Source: an uncultured Gemmatimonadales bacterium
GTDB taxonomy: Bacteria; Gemmatimonadota; Gemmatimonadetes; Gemmatimonadales; Gemmatimonadaceae
Length of the DNA: 64,000 nucleotides
Direction: 5' to 3'
Assembly: GCA_963851265.1 (NCBI GenBank)
Contig: CAWKNZ010000002.1
Coordinates: 1,184,001 to 1,248,000, forward strand
The notes beneath the pieces were generated by a model that searched no databases, was not told the origin of the DNA, and saw only the letters and a program-made list of their open reading frames with translations. Shown in pieces: positions 45,382 through 57,558 of this stretch; position 1 is the stretch's first letter; every line of letters starts with the position of its first letter. The translations under genes were made by a program, and so were the position numbers.

Positions 45382-48354
45382 TCAGGGCACCCGCCGGAGG
45401 CTGGCCGCGCCCGCGCGCTCGCCGCCATCGCGGCTCGCGAGCGCGGCGTGCGCTGCCGCGAGGCGTGCGACCGGCACGCGGTACGGCGAGCACGACACGT
45501 AATCGAGACCGCTGCGGTGGAAGAACTGCACCGACCGCGGCTCGCCGCCGTGCTCTCCGCAGACGCCGACCTTGAGCGTCGGGCGCGTCGCCCGTCCGTC
45601 GTAGATCGCGCGTCGGATGATCTTGCCGACTCCGGCGACATCCAGAACCTGGAAGGGGTCGTCGGGGAGGATACCCTTGGCGACGTACTGAGGCAGAAAC
45701 CGCCCGGCGTCGTCGCGCGACAGGCCGAGCACGGTCTGCGTGAGGTCGTTCGTTCCGAACGAGAAAAACTCGGCGGTCTGCGCGATTTCGTCGGCGGTCA
45801 GCGCGGCGCGCGGCAACTCGATCATCGTTCCGACGAGGAAGGGTACGTGTTCGCCCATCGTGCCCATGACATCGTCGGCGACCTTCCGGACGATCGCATT
45901 CTGGTGCTCAAACTCGCGGGCGGTCGCGACGAGTGGGATCATGATCTCGGGCCGAACGTCCACCCCGCGGCGCGCCGCGCGCACGGCGGCCTCGAAGACC
46001 GCCCGCGCCTGCATCTCGGTGATTTCGGGGTAGGTGATTCCGAGGCGGCAGCCGCGGTGACCGAGCATCGGGTTCGACTCACGCAGGTCGTCGACCGTGC
46101 GGTGCAGCTCGTCGCGCGAGATCCCGAGCGTGCGGGCCAGCATCTTCGTCTCCTCGCCGCCGTGCGGGAGGAACTCGTGCAGCGGCGGGTCGAGGAGGCG
46201 AACGGTGACCGGGTAGCCGTCCATCGCTTCGAAGATGCCTTCGAAGTCCGTTCGCTGCATGGGGAGCAGCTTGGCGAGGGCGCGCCGGCGGCCGCCCTCG
46301 TCGCGGGCGACGATCATCTCGCGCATCGGCGTGATGCGGTCGCCCTCGAAGAACATGTGCTCCGTCCGGCACAGGCCGATCCCCTCGGCGCCGAACGCCC
46401 TCGCGACGCGGGCGTCCTTGGGCGTGTCGGCGTTGGCGCGGACGCGGAGCGTGCGCACCTCGTCGGCCCACGCCAGTAGCTGGCTAAACGCGCGGTACGT
46501 CGGCGAGGATGCCGCGAGGGCCTGGCCGCTCACGACGCGCACGACCTCGCTCGGGACCGTCGGGAGGTCACCGAGGTAGACGTTCCCGCTCGAGCCGTCG
46601 AGCGTGACGAAGTCGCCCTCGTGGACGATGGTCGAGCCGACGGTGAAGCGGCGGCGGTCATCATCGACCGACATCGCGGACGCACCGACGACGGCGCACT
46701 TCCCCATCCCGCGCGCGACCACCGCCGCGTGACTGGTCATCCCGCCACGGGCGGTGAGGATTGCGCGCGCGGCGACCATGCCGTGGAAGTCTTCGGGCGT
46801 GGTCTCCTCGCGCACGAGGATCACCGCCTCGCCCGCGTGCGCCCGACGCTCGGCGCTGTCGGCGTCGAACACTGCCGCGCCGCTCGCCGCGCCGGGGCTG
46901 GCCGGGAGCCCGGTCGCGACCGGGGTCGCGCGTACGGCCGCATCGATCACCGGGTGCAACAGCTGATCGAGCTGCGCGGGCTGCACGCGCGCGACGGCCT
47001 CGGCGCGCGAGATCAGTCCCTCGCGGACCATGTCCTCGGCGATTCGCACCGCCGCGGGCGCGGCGCGCTTTCCGGTCCGCGTTTGCAGGAGGTACAGCTT
47101 CCCGCGCTCGACCGTGAACTCGATGTCCTGCATGTCGCGGAAGTGCGATTCGAGCCGCTGCTGCGTGGCGAGCAGGTCGTCGTAGGCCTTCGGCAGTCGC
47201 TGCGCCATGTCGTCGATGCGGAGCGGCGTGCGGATGCCCGCGACCACGTCCTCGCCCTGCGCGTTGACGAGGAACTCGCCGTAGAACCGCCGCTCGCCCG
47301 TGGACGGGTCGCGCGTGAAGGCGACCCCCGTCCCCGAGTCGTCGCCCATGTTGCCGAAGACCATCGCGACGACGTTGACCGCCGTGCCTAACGAGTCGTC
47401 GATGCCGTTCACGCGCCGGTAGTCGACCGCCTTTTTGAGCGTCCAGGACGTCCACACGGCGCGGATCGCGCCCCACAGCTGCGCCTCGGGGTCGGACGGG
47501 AAGTCCTCGCCGGTGGCCGCGCGCACCAGCGCCTTGTACTCGGCGACGAGCGCGCGGAGCGCGTCGGCCGGCAACTCGGCGTCCGACTCGACCCCCACGC
47601 TCGTCCGCTTGGCCGCGAGCTGCGCCTCGAACCGGTGCTGCGGCACCCCGAGCACGACGTCGGCGTACATCTGGATGAACCGCCGGTACGAATCGAAGGC
47701 GAAGCGCGGATTCGCGCTCTGCCGCGCGAGGCCTTCGACCGCGGCGTCGTTCAGTCCGAGGTTGAGGATGGTCTCCATCATCCCCGGCATCGACACCGGC
47801 GCGCCCGAACGCACGCTCACGAGCAGCGGATCGTCGGCATCGCCGAACCGCTTGCCCGCGTCCTGCTCCAGACGTGCGAGGTGATGCGCGACGGCGTCCC
47901 GGAGATGGTCCGGGACGCCGCCATTCGCGAGGAAGTCGCCGCATGCGCTGCAGGCGATCGTGAATCCCGGGGGGACCGGCACGCCGAGATTCACCATCTC
48001 GGCGAGGTTCGCGCCCTTGCCGCCGAGGACCGCTTTCATGCCGCGCGTGCCGTCGGCGCCGCCCGGGCCAAAGCGGTAGACGAGCCGCGGCGGAGCTGAC
48101 GGCGCGGCCGCCGCAGAGCCGTTCGACGCCGTCCCGGCTTGCCCGTGCGCGTCGGCGGGCTCGCCCGGACGGACCGGGTCCTGCTCGGCCGCATCGATCA
48201 GGGCGTCGGCGGCCTCGTTGGCCGCGTTGTCGCCAACGTCGGCCGAGCTGGTGTCGTCGACCTCGGTGGGCGCGGGGAGGTCGGCCGGCGCCGACTCGAT
48301 GAGCGGGTCGCCGGCCAGGGCGGGAGGAAGCGCGGTTTCTGCGTCAGACGTCAT
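45382..48354 (-). CDS. ppdK: Pyruvate phosphate dikinase with N-terminal extension
   Basis: LGGKGANLAEM, SVRSGA..SMPGMM, GGMTSHAAVVARG, GLCRTEHMF, GTNDLTQ, GVCGEHGG; start uncertain. Confidence 0.96.
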   Translation of the reverse strand: MTSDAETALPPALAGDPLIESAPADLPAPTEVDDTSSADVGDNAANEAADALIDAAEQDPVRPGEPADAHGQAGTASNGSAAAAPSAPPRLVYRFGPGGADGTRGMKAVLGGKGANLAEMVNLGVPVPPGFTIACSACGDFLANGGVPDHLRDAVAHHLARLEQDAGKRFGDADDPLLVSVRSGAPVSMPGMMETILNLGLNDAAVEGLARQSANPRFAFDSYRRFIQMYADVVLGVPQHRFEAQLAAKRTSVGVESDAELPADALRALVAEYKALVRAATGEDFPSDPEAQLWGAIRAVWTSWTLKKAVDYRRVNGIDDSLGTAVNVVAMVFGNMGDDSGTGVAFTRDPSTGERRFYGEFLVNAQGEDVVAGIRTPLRIDDMAQRLPKAYDDLLATQQRLESHFRDMQDIEFTVERGKLYLLQTRTGKRAAPAAVRIAEDMVREGLISRAEAVARVQPAQLDQLLHPVIDAAVRATPVATGLPASPGAASGAAVFDADSAERRAHAGEAVILVREETTPEDFHGMVAARAILTARGGMTSHAAVVARGMGKCAVVGASAMSVDDDRRRFTVGSTIVHEGDFVTLDGSSGNVYLGDLPTVPSEVVRVVSGQALAASSPTYRAFSQLLAWADEVRTLRVRANADTPKDARVARAFGAEGIGLCRTEHMFFEGDRITPMREMIVARDEGGRRRALAKLLPMQRTDFEGIFEAMDGYPVTVRLLDPPLHEFLPHGGEETKMLARTLGISRDELHRTVDDLRESNPMLGHRGCRLGITYPEITEMQARAVFEAAVRAARRGVDVRPEIMIPLVATAREFEHQNAIVRKVADDVMGTMGEHVPFLVGTMIELPRAALTADEIAQTAEFFSFGTNDLTQTVLGLSRDDAGRFLPQYVAKGILPDDPFQVLDVAGVGKIIRRAIYDGRATRPTLKVGVCGEHGGEPRSVQFFHRSGLDYVSCSPYRVPVARLAAAHAALASRDGGERAGAASLRRVP

Positions 48355-48408
48355 GAGGGACGGTCGTTCGGCACACCGCGCAGCGGACGCAGCGCTAGGG
48401 GCGGGTGC

Positions 48409-49794
<1,386 letters not shown>

Positions 49795-49853
49795 GACGGG
49801 ACAGCTCGCGAAGGCTCGAGGGGGTGCCGATCAGGACGTGCCGATCGTGCAGA

Positions 49854-52154
49854 TCAGGATGCCGCGGCGCCGGACATGGCGGCGGGGATCGTATCGTGAT
49901 ACCCGCGCGCGAGCGCGTCGGTCGGTGCCGACCAGATCGCGTCGCCGACGCGTACGCGGAATCCGGCGTCGGCCCCGGTGACGCGGCCGATGACAGCCGC
50001 CGGAACACCGTGCTCGGCCGCGTGGCGAAGAACCTCGTCGGCCGCCTGGGTCGACACGATCACGCGCCCGTGCGCCTCGCCGTACAGGAGCGCACGGATC
50101 GGCAGGTGCGACCACGCCGTCAGGTCGATGTCGACGCCTGTTCGCACGTCGGGGTCGGCCATCGTGCATTCGGCCAGCGCCACGGCGAGGCCGCCGTCGC
50201 TCGTATCGTGGGCCGACCTCACGACGCCGGCGCGGATCGCGGCGAGCAGCGCGTCGATGAGCCGTCGCTCCCCATCGAGGTCGACGCGCGGCGGCGCGCC
50301 CGCGACGCGGCCGTGGACCCGCGCGAGGTACTCGCTGCCACCGAGCGCGTCGGTGTTGTCGCCGAGCAGGACGACGGCGTCGGCGGACGCGCCCTCGGTC
50401 GGCGCGCGGAACGCGGCACGCGTGACGTGGGCGAGCGAGTCGATCAGTCCCACCATGCCGACGACGGGCGTGGGGTAGATCGCGCCCGTCGGGTTCTCGT
50501 TGTACAGCGACACGTTGCCGCCCGTGACCGGCGTGCCTAACACACGGCACGCCTCGCCCATCCCGCCCACCGCCTCGCGGAGCTGGTGATAAACGTCGGG
50601 GCGGGTGGGATTCCCGAAATTGAGATTGTTCGTGATCGCGAGCGGGCGCGCGCCGGTGCACGCGACGTTCCGCGCGGCTTCGGCGACGGCTCCCTTTGCA
50701 CCCTCGCGCGGGTCGAGGTAGCAGTGCCGACCGTTGCAGTCGGTTTTCACGGCGACGGCGCGGTCGGTTCCGCGGAGCCGCACCACGGCGGCGTCGCCTC
50801 CCGGCCCGATGACCGTGTTGGTGCGGACCATCGTGTCGTACTGACGGTAGACCCACCGCTTGCTCGCGATGGTCGGGCTCGCGAGCAGTTCGCCGAGCGC
50901 CCAGAGCGGGTCCGCTTCCTCGGCGCGTTCGGGAATCCCGGACACATCGGTCGTGCGGAGCGCCCGGACGACTTCGGACTCCGCCGCCTCCGGCGTGTAC
51001 ATCGGGCAGTCGGTGACGAGGCGCGTGCCGGGGAACTCGGCGACGATGCGCTCGCCCTCTGTCACCCGGTACACCGGCTCGGCGATCACCTCGCCGATCA
51101 CCGCCGCCGTCAGATCCCACTTTTCGAGCACCGCGCGCACGGCGTCCTCGCGCCCGCGTTTCGCGACGACGAGCATCCGCTCCTGCGACTCGCTGAGGAG
51201 GATCTCGTAGGGCGTCATGTTCGGCTCGCGTACCGGCACCTTCGTCACGTCGATCGTGACGCCCACATCTCCACGCTCGGCCATCTCGGCACTCGACGAG
51301 GTCAGGCCGGCCGCGCCCATATCCTGGATGGCGACGATGTCGCCCGAGGCGATCAGTTCGAGCGATGCCTCCAAGAGCAGCTTCTCGGTGAACGGATCCC
51401 CAACCTGAACGCGCGGCCGCTTGGCCTCGGTTGCGGCCGAAAGGTCTTCGGACGCGAACGACGCGCCGTGGATCCCGTCGCGCCCTGTGCGCGCGCCGAC
51501 GGCGAGGATGGGATTGCCGACGCCCTGCGCGACCGCGCGAATGAGTTCGTCCTCGCGAAGCAGGCCGACGCACATCGCGTTGACGAGCGGGTTGCCCTCG
51601 TACGCGGCGTCGAACGCGACCTCGCCCGCCACCGTCGGCACGCCGACGCAGTTCCCGTAGTCGCCGATGCCCTTCACGACGCCTGCGAACAGGTGTCGCA
51701 CGCGTGGCGAGTCGAGCGACCCGAAACGCAGGGAGTTGAGCATCGCGACGGGGCGCGCGCCCATGGTGAACACGTCGCGCAGGATACCGCCGACGCCGGT
51801 CGCCGCGCCCTGGTACGGCTCCACGGCGGACGGGTGGTTGTGCGACTCGATCTTGAACGCGACGGCGAGCCCGTCGCCGACGGCGATGACGCCCGCGTTC
51901 TCGCCCGGCCCCTGCAGCACCCAGGGCGCCTGTGTCGGCAGCGTGCGGAGGAGCGGGCGCGAATGCTTGTACGAGCAGTGCTCGCTCCACAACGCGCTCA
52001 CGACGCCGAGCTCGGTGTAGGTCGGGGTGCGACCGAGCATCGCGAGCAGGCGCTCGTACTCGAACGGCGTGATGCCGTGTTCTGCGACCAGGTCCGGGGT
52101 GATCTCGGGGTCTCCCGGGCGGGGCAGCACGGCGGCGGGAGCGGTGGGCGTCAC
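49854..52154 (-). CDS. purL: FGAM synthase subunit PurL (small type)
   Basis: [45 protein letters not shown]. Confidence 0.98.
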   Translation of the reverse strand: MTPTAPAAVLPRPGDPEITPDLVAEHGITPFEYERLLAMLGRTPTYTELGVVSALWSEHCSYKHSRPLLRTLPTQAPWVLQGPGENAGVIAVGDGLAVAFKIESHNHPSAVEPYQGAATGVGGILRDVFTMGARPVAMLNSLRFGSLDSPRVRHLFAGVVKGIGDYGNCVGVPTVAGEVAFDAAYEGNPLVNAMCVGLLREDELIRAVAQGVGNPILAVGARTGRDGIHGASFASEDLSAATEAKRPRVQVGDPFTEKLLLEASLELIASGDIVAIQDMGAAGLTSSSAEMAERGDVGVTIDVTKVPVREPNMTPYEILLSESQERMLVVAKRGREDAVRAVLEKWDLTAAVIGEVIAEPVYRVTEGERIVAEFPGTRLVTDCPMYTPEAAESEVVRALRTTDVSGIPERAEEADPLWALGELLASPTIASKRWVYRQYDTMVRTNTVIGPGGDAAVVRLRGTDRAVAVKTDCNGRHCYLDPREGAKGAVAEAARNVACTGARPLAITNNLNFGNPTRPDVYHQLREAVGGMGEACRVLGTPVTGGNVSLYNENPTGAIYPTPVVGMVGLIDSLAHVTRAAFRAPTEGASADAVVLLGDNTDALGGSEYLARVHGRVAGAPPRVDLDGERRLIDALLAAIRAGVVRSAHDTSDGGLAVALAECTMADPDVRTGVDIDLTAWSHLPIRALLYGEAHGRVIVSTQAADEVLRHAAEHGVPAAVIGRVTGADAGFRVRVGDAIWSAPTDALARGYHDTIPAAMSGAAAS

Positions 52155-52164
52155 GGCCGTAGCC

Positions 52165-52467
52165 TCAGCGCGGGAGACCGAACAGCGAGTTGATGTAGCG
52201 CTTGACCTCGCTCTCCTCGACGTGCTCGAGCAGCTCGAGCTCGCCGCGGTTGAGCCATGTCCCCCCGCAGTCGGGGCAGAGGTCGATCGTCACCCCGTGG
52301 TGCGAGCGCGGCGCGAGGTGGCCGCCGCAGTTGGGACAGCGCATGACGTGCGACTCGCGCTCGCGTCGCTCGCGCTCCTCGTCGAGCTTGCGCCGGCGTT
52401 CGGCGAGCAGCTCGGCGTTCTCGCGCGCGAAGTAGACGCCCTCGTTGCGGCGCAGCGGGTCGCTCAT
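52165..52467 (-). CDS. Small zinc-ribbon (zf-TFIIB-like) protein with N-terminal coiled coil
   Basis: MRCPNCG..L...[19 protein letters not shown]-rich helical N-terminus. Confidence 0.8.
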   Translation of the reverse strand: MSDPLRRNEGVYFARENAELLAERRRKLDEERERRERESHVMRCPNCGGHLAPRSHHGVTIDLCPDCGGTWLNRGELELLEHVEESEVKRYINSLFGLPR

Positions 52468-52506
52468 GTGCGGTGGTGGTGCAAGAGTGGAGGTGTCGAA
52501 AGGTGG

Positions 52507-53199
52507 TTACGCCGCGACCGTGGCGAGCAGCGACTCGAACAGGCGCAGGCCGTGATCGCCGCCCACGAGCGGGTCGACCGCGCGCTCGGGGTGCGGCATC
52601 ATGCCGAGCACGTTGCGCCGTTCCGAAAGGATGCCGGCGATGTGGCGCATCGAACCGTTCGGGTTGCCCTCGTCGCCGGGGGCGCCGCGCTCGTCCACGT
52701 AGCGGAACGCGACGAGTCCGTCGCCTTCAAGGCGGTCGAGCGTTTCGGGGTCGGCGACGTATCGGCCGTCGCCGTGTGCGATGGGAATGCGCAGCAGCTC
52801 GCCGGAGGCGTAGGCGCCCGTGAACGGCGACGCGGTGCTCTCTACGCGGAGGGTGCGCCACTCGCACACATACCTGAGCGACGCGTTACGCAGCAGCGCG
52901 CCCGGCAGGAGGCCCGCCTCGCAGGCGATCTGAAATCCGTTGCAGATCGCGAGCACCGGCGCGCCGCGCTTCGCGTGCTCGGCTACGGCGGTCATCACGG
53001 GGCTGAAGCGCGCGATCGCGCCGCACCGCAGGTAGTCGCCGTAGCTGAACCCGCCCGGGAGCACGACGACGTCCGCGCCGCCGAGCGAGGTCGCCTTGTG
53101 CCACACGTACTCCGCGCGCTCGCCGAGGCCGTCGACGACCGCGTGGTAGGCGTCGTAGTCGCAGTTGGAGCCGGGGAAGGTGACGATGCCGACGCGCAT
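52507..53199 (-). CDS. purQ: FGAM synthase glutaminase subunit
   Basis: [36 protein letters not shown]. Confidence 0.98.
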   Translation of the reverse strand: MRVGIVTFPGSNCDYDAYHAVVDGLGERAEYVWHKATSLGGADVVVLPGGFSYGDYLRCGAIARFSPVMTAVAEHAKRGAPVLAICNGFQIACEAGLLPGALLRNASLRYVCEWRTLRVESTASPFTGAYASGELLRIPIAHGDGRYVADPETLDRLEGDGLVAFRYVDERGAPGDEGNPNGSMRHIAGILSERRNVLGMMPHPERAVDPLVGGDHGLRLFESLLATVAA

Positions 53200-53209
53200 G
53201 CGGCCTCCG

Positions 53210-53503
53210 TTAGACCGCGGCCTGCGCCGCGACGTGCTCGACGACGTAGTCCTCGGTCACCGGATTGGCGAGCAGGCGCTCGCACGCGGCGACGGCCTGG
53301 TCGCGAGCGGCCTGCTCGTCGGCGGCCGCGAGGTCGAGGACGACGTGACGGCCGACGCGGACGTCGGCGACGTCACGGAAGCCGAGCGCGTGCAGCGCGT
53401 CGGACACGGCCTTTCCCTGCGGGTCGAGGAGCCCGCGACGGGGCACCACGCGGATGTCGATGCGATAGGTCTGCACGGAGTGATTCGGGGCCGGGGCGAT
53501 CAC
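53210..53503 (-). CDS. purS: FGAM synthase subunit PurS
   Basis: [22 protein letters not shown]; start 53503 (overlaps the pssA stop) or 53476. Confidence 0.95.
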   Translation of the reverse strand: MIAPAPNHSVQTYRIDIRVVPRRGLLDPQGKAVSDALHALGFRDVADVRVGRHVVLDLAAADEQAARDQAVAACERLLANPVTEDYVVEHVAAQAAV

Positions 53504-54444
53504 GGTTGGACGGGCGTCGCGGACGCAGGACCGTCGTCCGCGCCGCTACGGCGCGCCCGCCCGAAGCGGCGACGCGCGCGGTCGCGCTCAAGCGGGTGCG
53601 AACCGTACGCCTCGAGCGGGTCGACGTAGTCGTCCCTCCGGCGCCGCGGCGCGACGTCGGTGAGCGGAAGATCGAAGAGGCCCAGCACGAGTGCACGAGC
53701 GAGCCCGTACACGAGATAGCTGATCCCGAACAGGAACAGGAAGTAGCGCGGGAACCCGATCGTCCCGACGATGATCGCGAGGATCAACAGCAATGCGCCG
53801 ACCTGGCGCGGCGAACGCACCCCCGGCCGCGGCCAGGCCGGGTACGGCACGTTGCTGATCATCATCGCCGCGAGGAGAACCATCAGGATCGGCATGATCT
53901 CCTGCCACGGCAGGTCGACGATGCGCGTCTGCTTGTAGAGCGGCGTCTGCGTGAACCAGTAGTACGTCGCGAGCGTCCCGCCGGCCGCAGGGCTCGGCAG
54001 GCCGACGAAGAACCGCTTCGACCCCCCAGCCTGGGTGACGTTGAAGCGCGCGAGCCGCATCACGGCGCACGCCGTGAAAAAAAACACCGGGAAGCGCGCC
54101 CACCCCTCGCGCGGGAGAACGCTGAAATACACGATCAGCGCGGGCGCGAGCCCGAACGAAACGGCATCGACGAGCGAGTCGAGCTCCTCGCCGAACCGGC
54201 CGCCCGTACGGGTCGCACGCGCAACGGCACCGTCGAACGCGTCGCAGACGCCGCCGAGTACGATGAAGAGCACCGCGTTCGAGAAATCGCCGTTCGCCGC
54301 GGCGATGATCGAGAAGATGCCGAAGAGCAGGTTGCCGAGCGTGAGTCCGTTCGGCAGCGCGGGCGCGGCGCGGCGGAGCCGGCGCCGCCGGGCACTCGGC
54401 GGCAGTCGGTCGTCGAGGTCCGTGTCGACGTTCGCGTCGCGCAT
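53500..54444 (-). CDS. pssA: CDP-diacylglycerol--serine O-phosphatidyltransferase
   Basis: LPNGLTLGN, DAFDGAVAR..FGEELDSLVDAVSFG, RLARFN, FVGLPSP; adjacent to psd. Confidence 0.9.
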   Translation of the reverse strand: MRDANVDTDLDDRLPPSARRRRLRRAAPALPNGLTLGNLLFGIFSIIAAANGDFSNAVLFIVLGGVCDAFDGAVARATRTGGRFGEELDSLVDAVSFGLAPALIVYFSVLPREGWARFPVFFFTACAVMRLARFNVTQAGGSKRFFVGLPSPAAGGTLATYYWFTQTPLYKQTRIVDLPWQEIMPILMVLLAAMMISNVPYPAWPRPGVRSPRQVGALLLILAIIVGTIGFPRYFLFLFGISYLVYGLARALVLGLFDLPLTDVAPRRRRDDYVDPLEAYGSHPLERDRARRRFGRARRSGADDGPASATPVQP

Positions 54445-54467
54445 CGCCCGATCCGACCGCGCGCGCC

Positions 54468-55133
54468 TCAGGCGCGCAACTCGGCGATGACCGTCGCGCC
54501 CGCGGCAGTCTGCTCGCCGAGGGCCACGCGGAGTTCCGCGTCGGGCGGCACGAACACGTCGACGCGCGAGCCGAAGCGGATCAGTCCCATGCGATCGCCC
54601 TGGTGCACCTGCTCGCCGTCGCGGCTGTACGTGATGATGCGCCGCGCGATCAGGCCGGCGATCTGGCGCACGAGCACCCGTCCATTCGGCGCGTCGATCC
54701 CGACCGACATCTGCTCGTTCTCCGCGCTCGACTCGGGAGTGACCGCGTTGCGGAACTTGCCTTTCGCGTACCGGACGTGCCGCACGGTGCCGCTCACCGG
54801 GTAGCGGTTGACGTGCACCGAGAACACGTTCATGAAGATCGAGACGCGCCGGGCGCGCCCCCCGATGAACGATGGCTCGTCGACGTCGGTGATCAGCACG
54901 ACCTTGCCGTCGGCCGGCGCGACGACGAGGCGTTCGCCCCGATCGCCCGCGCGCTCGGGATCGCGGAAGAAGTAGGCCACCCACCCCGCGATCAGCACCG
55001 CGACCAGCGCGACGGTCCAGCGTCCGGGGCCGCCGAAGCCGATTCCGCCCGCGCCCGCCGCCCAGAGTACGAGCGCGAGCGCGACGAACGCGCTGATGGC
55101 GATGAACGGGCGACCCTCGCGGGCAAAACTCAC
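54468..55133 (-). CDS. psd: Phosphatidylserine decarboxylase proenzyme
   Basis: FFRDPER, APADG, IFMNVFSVHVNR, QIAGLIARRI, RFGSRVD autocleavage site. Confidence 0.95.
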   Translation of the reverse strand: MSFAREGRPFIAISAFVALALVLWAAGAGGIGFGGPGRWTVALVAVLIAGWVAYFFRDPERAGDRGERLVVAPADGKVVLITDVDEPSFIGGRARRVSIFMNVFSVHVNRYPVSGTVRHVRYAKGKFRNAVTPESSAENEQMSVGIDAPNGRVLVRQIAGLIARRIITYSRDGEQVHQGDRMGLIRFGSRVDVFVPPDAELRVALGEQTAAGATVIAELRA

Positions 55134-55162
55134 GGCGCGGCTGATCCTCGGCGGGCCGGCGG

Positions 55163-56095
55163 CTACGCCGCTAGCTCGAGGGGCGCTCCGGTAATCCGGC
55201 GGAAGGCTTCAAGATAGCGCGCACTGGTCGCCGACACGACCTCGGGCGGTAGGTCCGGGCCGGGGGCCTCGCCGTTCCACCGCCCCGCCGCCTTCTCAGC
55301 GGCGAGCCAGTCGCGCAGCGGCTGCTTGTCGAAGCTCGGCGGGGCGCGGCCCGGCACGACCGCGTCGGCCGGCCAGAATCGTGAGCTGTCGGGCGTGAGC
55401 ACCTCGTCGACGAGGATGATTTCGTCGCCCGCGCGCCCGAACTCGAACTTCGTGTCGGCGATGACCAGGCCGCGCGCTGCCGCGTGCTCGCGCCCGAATT
55501 CGTACACGGCCCGGCTCGCGCGTTCGAGCGCTGCGGCGGTCGCGCCGCCGATCCGCTCGGCGACGACCGCCGGCGTGATGTTCTCGTCGTGCCCCGTTTC
55601 GGCCTTCGTCGCGGGGGAGAACAGCGCCGGCTCGAGGCGATCGCTCTCGCGGAGCCCACGCGCGAGCGGCTCGCCGGCGAGCGTTCCGCGCGCCGCGTAT
55701 TCCTTCCACGCCGATCCGGCGATGTACCCGCGCACCACGCACTCGACCGGAAACACCTCCGCGGCGCGGCCGAGCATCGCGCGCCCGCGCAACTCCGCCT
55801 CGCGCCCGGCGAGCGTCGGCACCGCGGCGACAATCTCCGCGGCGTCGGCCGCGAGCATGTGGTGCGCGACGACGCCGGCCGCGCCGAGCGCGCGCAGCCA
55901 CCACGCGGTCAACTGCGTGAGCACCGCGCCCTTGTGCGGGATCGCGTTGGGCATGACGACGTCGAACGCGCTGACCCGGTCCGACGCGACGAGCAGGACG
56001 CGGCCGTCCCCGGCGTCGTACACCTCGCGCACCTTCCCGCGTCGCAGCAGTGGAAGTGGAAGCGCGCTCTCGCGCATCGGCTCTCGTGCGGTCAT
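55163..56095 (-). CDS. purC: SAICAR synthase
   Basis: [44 protein letters not shown]. Confidence 0.97.
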   Translation of the reverse strand: MTAREPMRESALPLPLLRRGKVREVYDAGDGRVLLVASDRVSAFDVVMPNAIPHKGAVLTQLTAWWLRALGAAGVVAHHMLAADAAEIVAAVPTLAGREAELRGRAMLGRAAEVFPVECVVRGYIAGSAWKEYAARGTLAGEPLARGLRESDRLEPALFSPATKAETGHDENITPAVVAERIGGATAAALERASRAVYEFGREHAAARGLVIADTKFEFGRAGDEIILVDEVLTPDSSRFWPADAVVPGRAPPSFDKQPLRDWLAAEKAAGRWNGEAPGPDLPPEVVSATSARYLEAFRRITGAPLELAA

Positions 56096-57558
56096 ACGCG
56101 CACCTCGTCCGCCACGTCGTGTTCCGCTCCGGCCAGCAGCGGTTCGACGACCTCGGCGAGGAACTCATCGACCTGCTCGGGCGCGCGGCCGACGAACCGG
56201 CGCGGGTCGATCGCCGCACGCATGTCGTCGAGCGAGATGCCGAGCGCGGCGAACTCGGGGTCGGTCGCGAGCCGTTCGAGCAGGTCGTTGCGCTCGCTCT
56301 CGCCGTCCTTGAGCGCACGGGAGGCTTCGACGCTGTGGCGGCGAATCACCTCGTGCACCGCCTGACGATCGCCGCCCGCGCGAACCGCGCGAACGAGCAG
56401 TTCCTCGGTCGCCATGAACGGGAGTTCGTCCATGACGCGGCGCCGGATGCGCGCCGGATGCACTTCGAGCCCGCTCGCGACGTTTCCGTACAGGACGAGA
56501 ATCGCGTCCGTCGCGAGGAACGCCTCGGGGATCGCGAGGCGGCGGTTGGCCGAATCGTCGAGGGTGCGCTCGAAGTACTGGACGCTGTGCGTCGCGTTGG
56601 CGTTCGGCTCGATCGAGAGGACGAAACGCGCGAGCGCGTTGATCCGCTCGCTCCGCATCGGGTTGCGTTTGTACGCCATCGCGGACGAGCCGATCTGCTC
56701 CTTGCCGAACGGCTCCTCGACCTCGCCGAACGCCTGCAGCATGCGAAGATCGGACGCGAACTTGGCCGCGCTCGCCGCGAGGCCACTCACCACTCCGAGC
56801 ACCTGCGCGTCGAGCTTGCGCGAATAGGTCTGTCCCGACACTGGGATCGTTGTGGCAAACCCCATCTTTTCGGTGACCATCCGGTCGAGCGCTCGCACCT
56901 TCTCGTGGTCCCCGTCGAAGATGGCGAGGAAGCTCGCTTGCGTACCGGTGGTGCCCTTCACGCCCCGGAACGGGAGCGTTTCGATGCGCCGGTCGATCTC
57001 GGCTACGTCGAGCACGAGGTCCTGCATCCAGAGCGCCGCGCGCTTGCCGACGGTCACGAGCTGCGCGGGCTGCAGGTGCGTGTAGCCCAACGCGGGCTCC
57101 GCGCGCCAGCGCCGGGCGAACTCCGCGAGTGACGCGAGCACGCCGAGGGTCTTGCGGCGCAGCAGGTCGAGGCCGCGGCGCATCAACAGGAGATCGCCGT
57201 TGTCGGTGACGTAGCAACTAGTCGCACCGAGGTGGATGACGCGGCGCGCGGCCGGCGCTCGGTCGGCGAACGCGTGGACGTGCGCCATCACGTCGTGGCG
57301 GAAGCGCGCCTCGTACGCCGCGACCGCGGCGAAGTCGATGTCGTCGAGGTGCGCGCGCATCTCCGTGATCGCCTCGTCCGGGATGTCGACGCCGAGCGCG
57401 CGCTGCGATTCGGCGAGCGCGAGCCAGAGTCGACGCCAGAGCGCGTGCCGCTCCTGAGACGACCAGAGCGCGAGCATCGCGGGCGACGCGTAGCGCGCGC
57501 TTAACGGAGAGCTGTAGCGGGCGTGGGCTGCGTCGGGGGCGGTCTCGGGCGGCGTCAC
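56092..57558 (-). CDS. purB: Adenylosuccinate lyase
   Basis: [43 protein letters not shown]. Confidence 0.96.
   Translation of the reverse strand: MTPPETAPDAAHARYSSPLSARYASPAMLALWSSQERHALWRRLWLALAESQRALGVDIPDEAITEMRAHLDDIDFAAVAAYEARFRHDVMAHVHAFADRAPAARRVIHLGATSCYVTDNGDLLLMRRGLDLLRRKTLGVLASLAEFARRWRAEPALGYTHLQPAQLVTVGKRAALWMQDLVLDVAEIDRRIETLPFRGVKGTTGTQASFLAIFDGDHEKVRALDRMVTEKMGFATTIPVSGQTYSRKLDAQVLGVVSGLAASAAKFASDLRMLQAFGEVEEPFGKEQIGSSAMAYKRNPMRSERINALARFVLSIEPNANATHSVQYFERTLDDSANRRLAIPEAFLATDAILVLYGNVASGLEVHPARIRRRVMDELPFMATEELLVRAVRAGGDRQAVHEVIRRHSVEASRALKDGESERNDLLERLATDPEFAALGISLDDMRAAIDPRRFVGRAPEQVDEFLAEVVEPLLAGAEHDVADEVRV

Noticed and set aside
45280..45400. Island or prophage integrated at the tmRNA 3' end
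   Set aside because: ssrA is followed directly by a hairpin and ppdK; I saw no integrase or duplicated att sequence.
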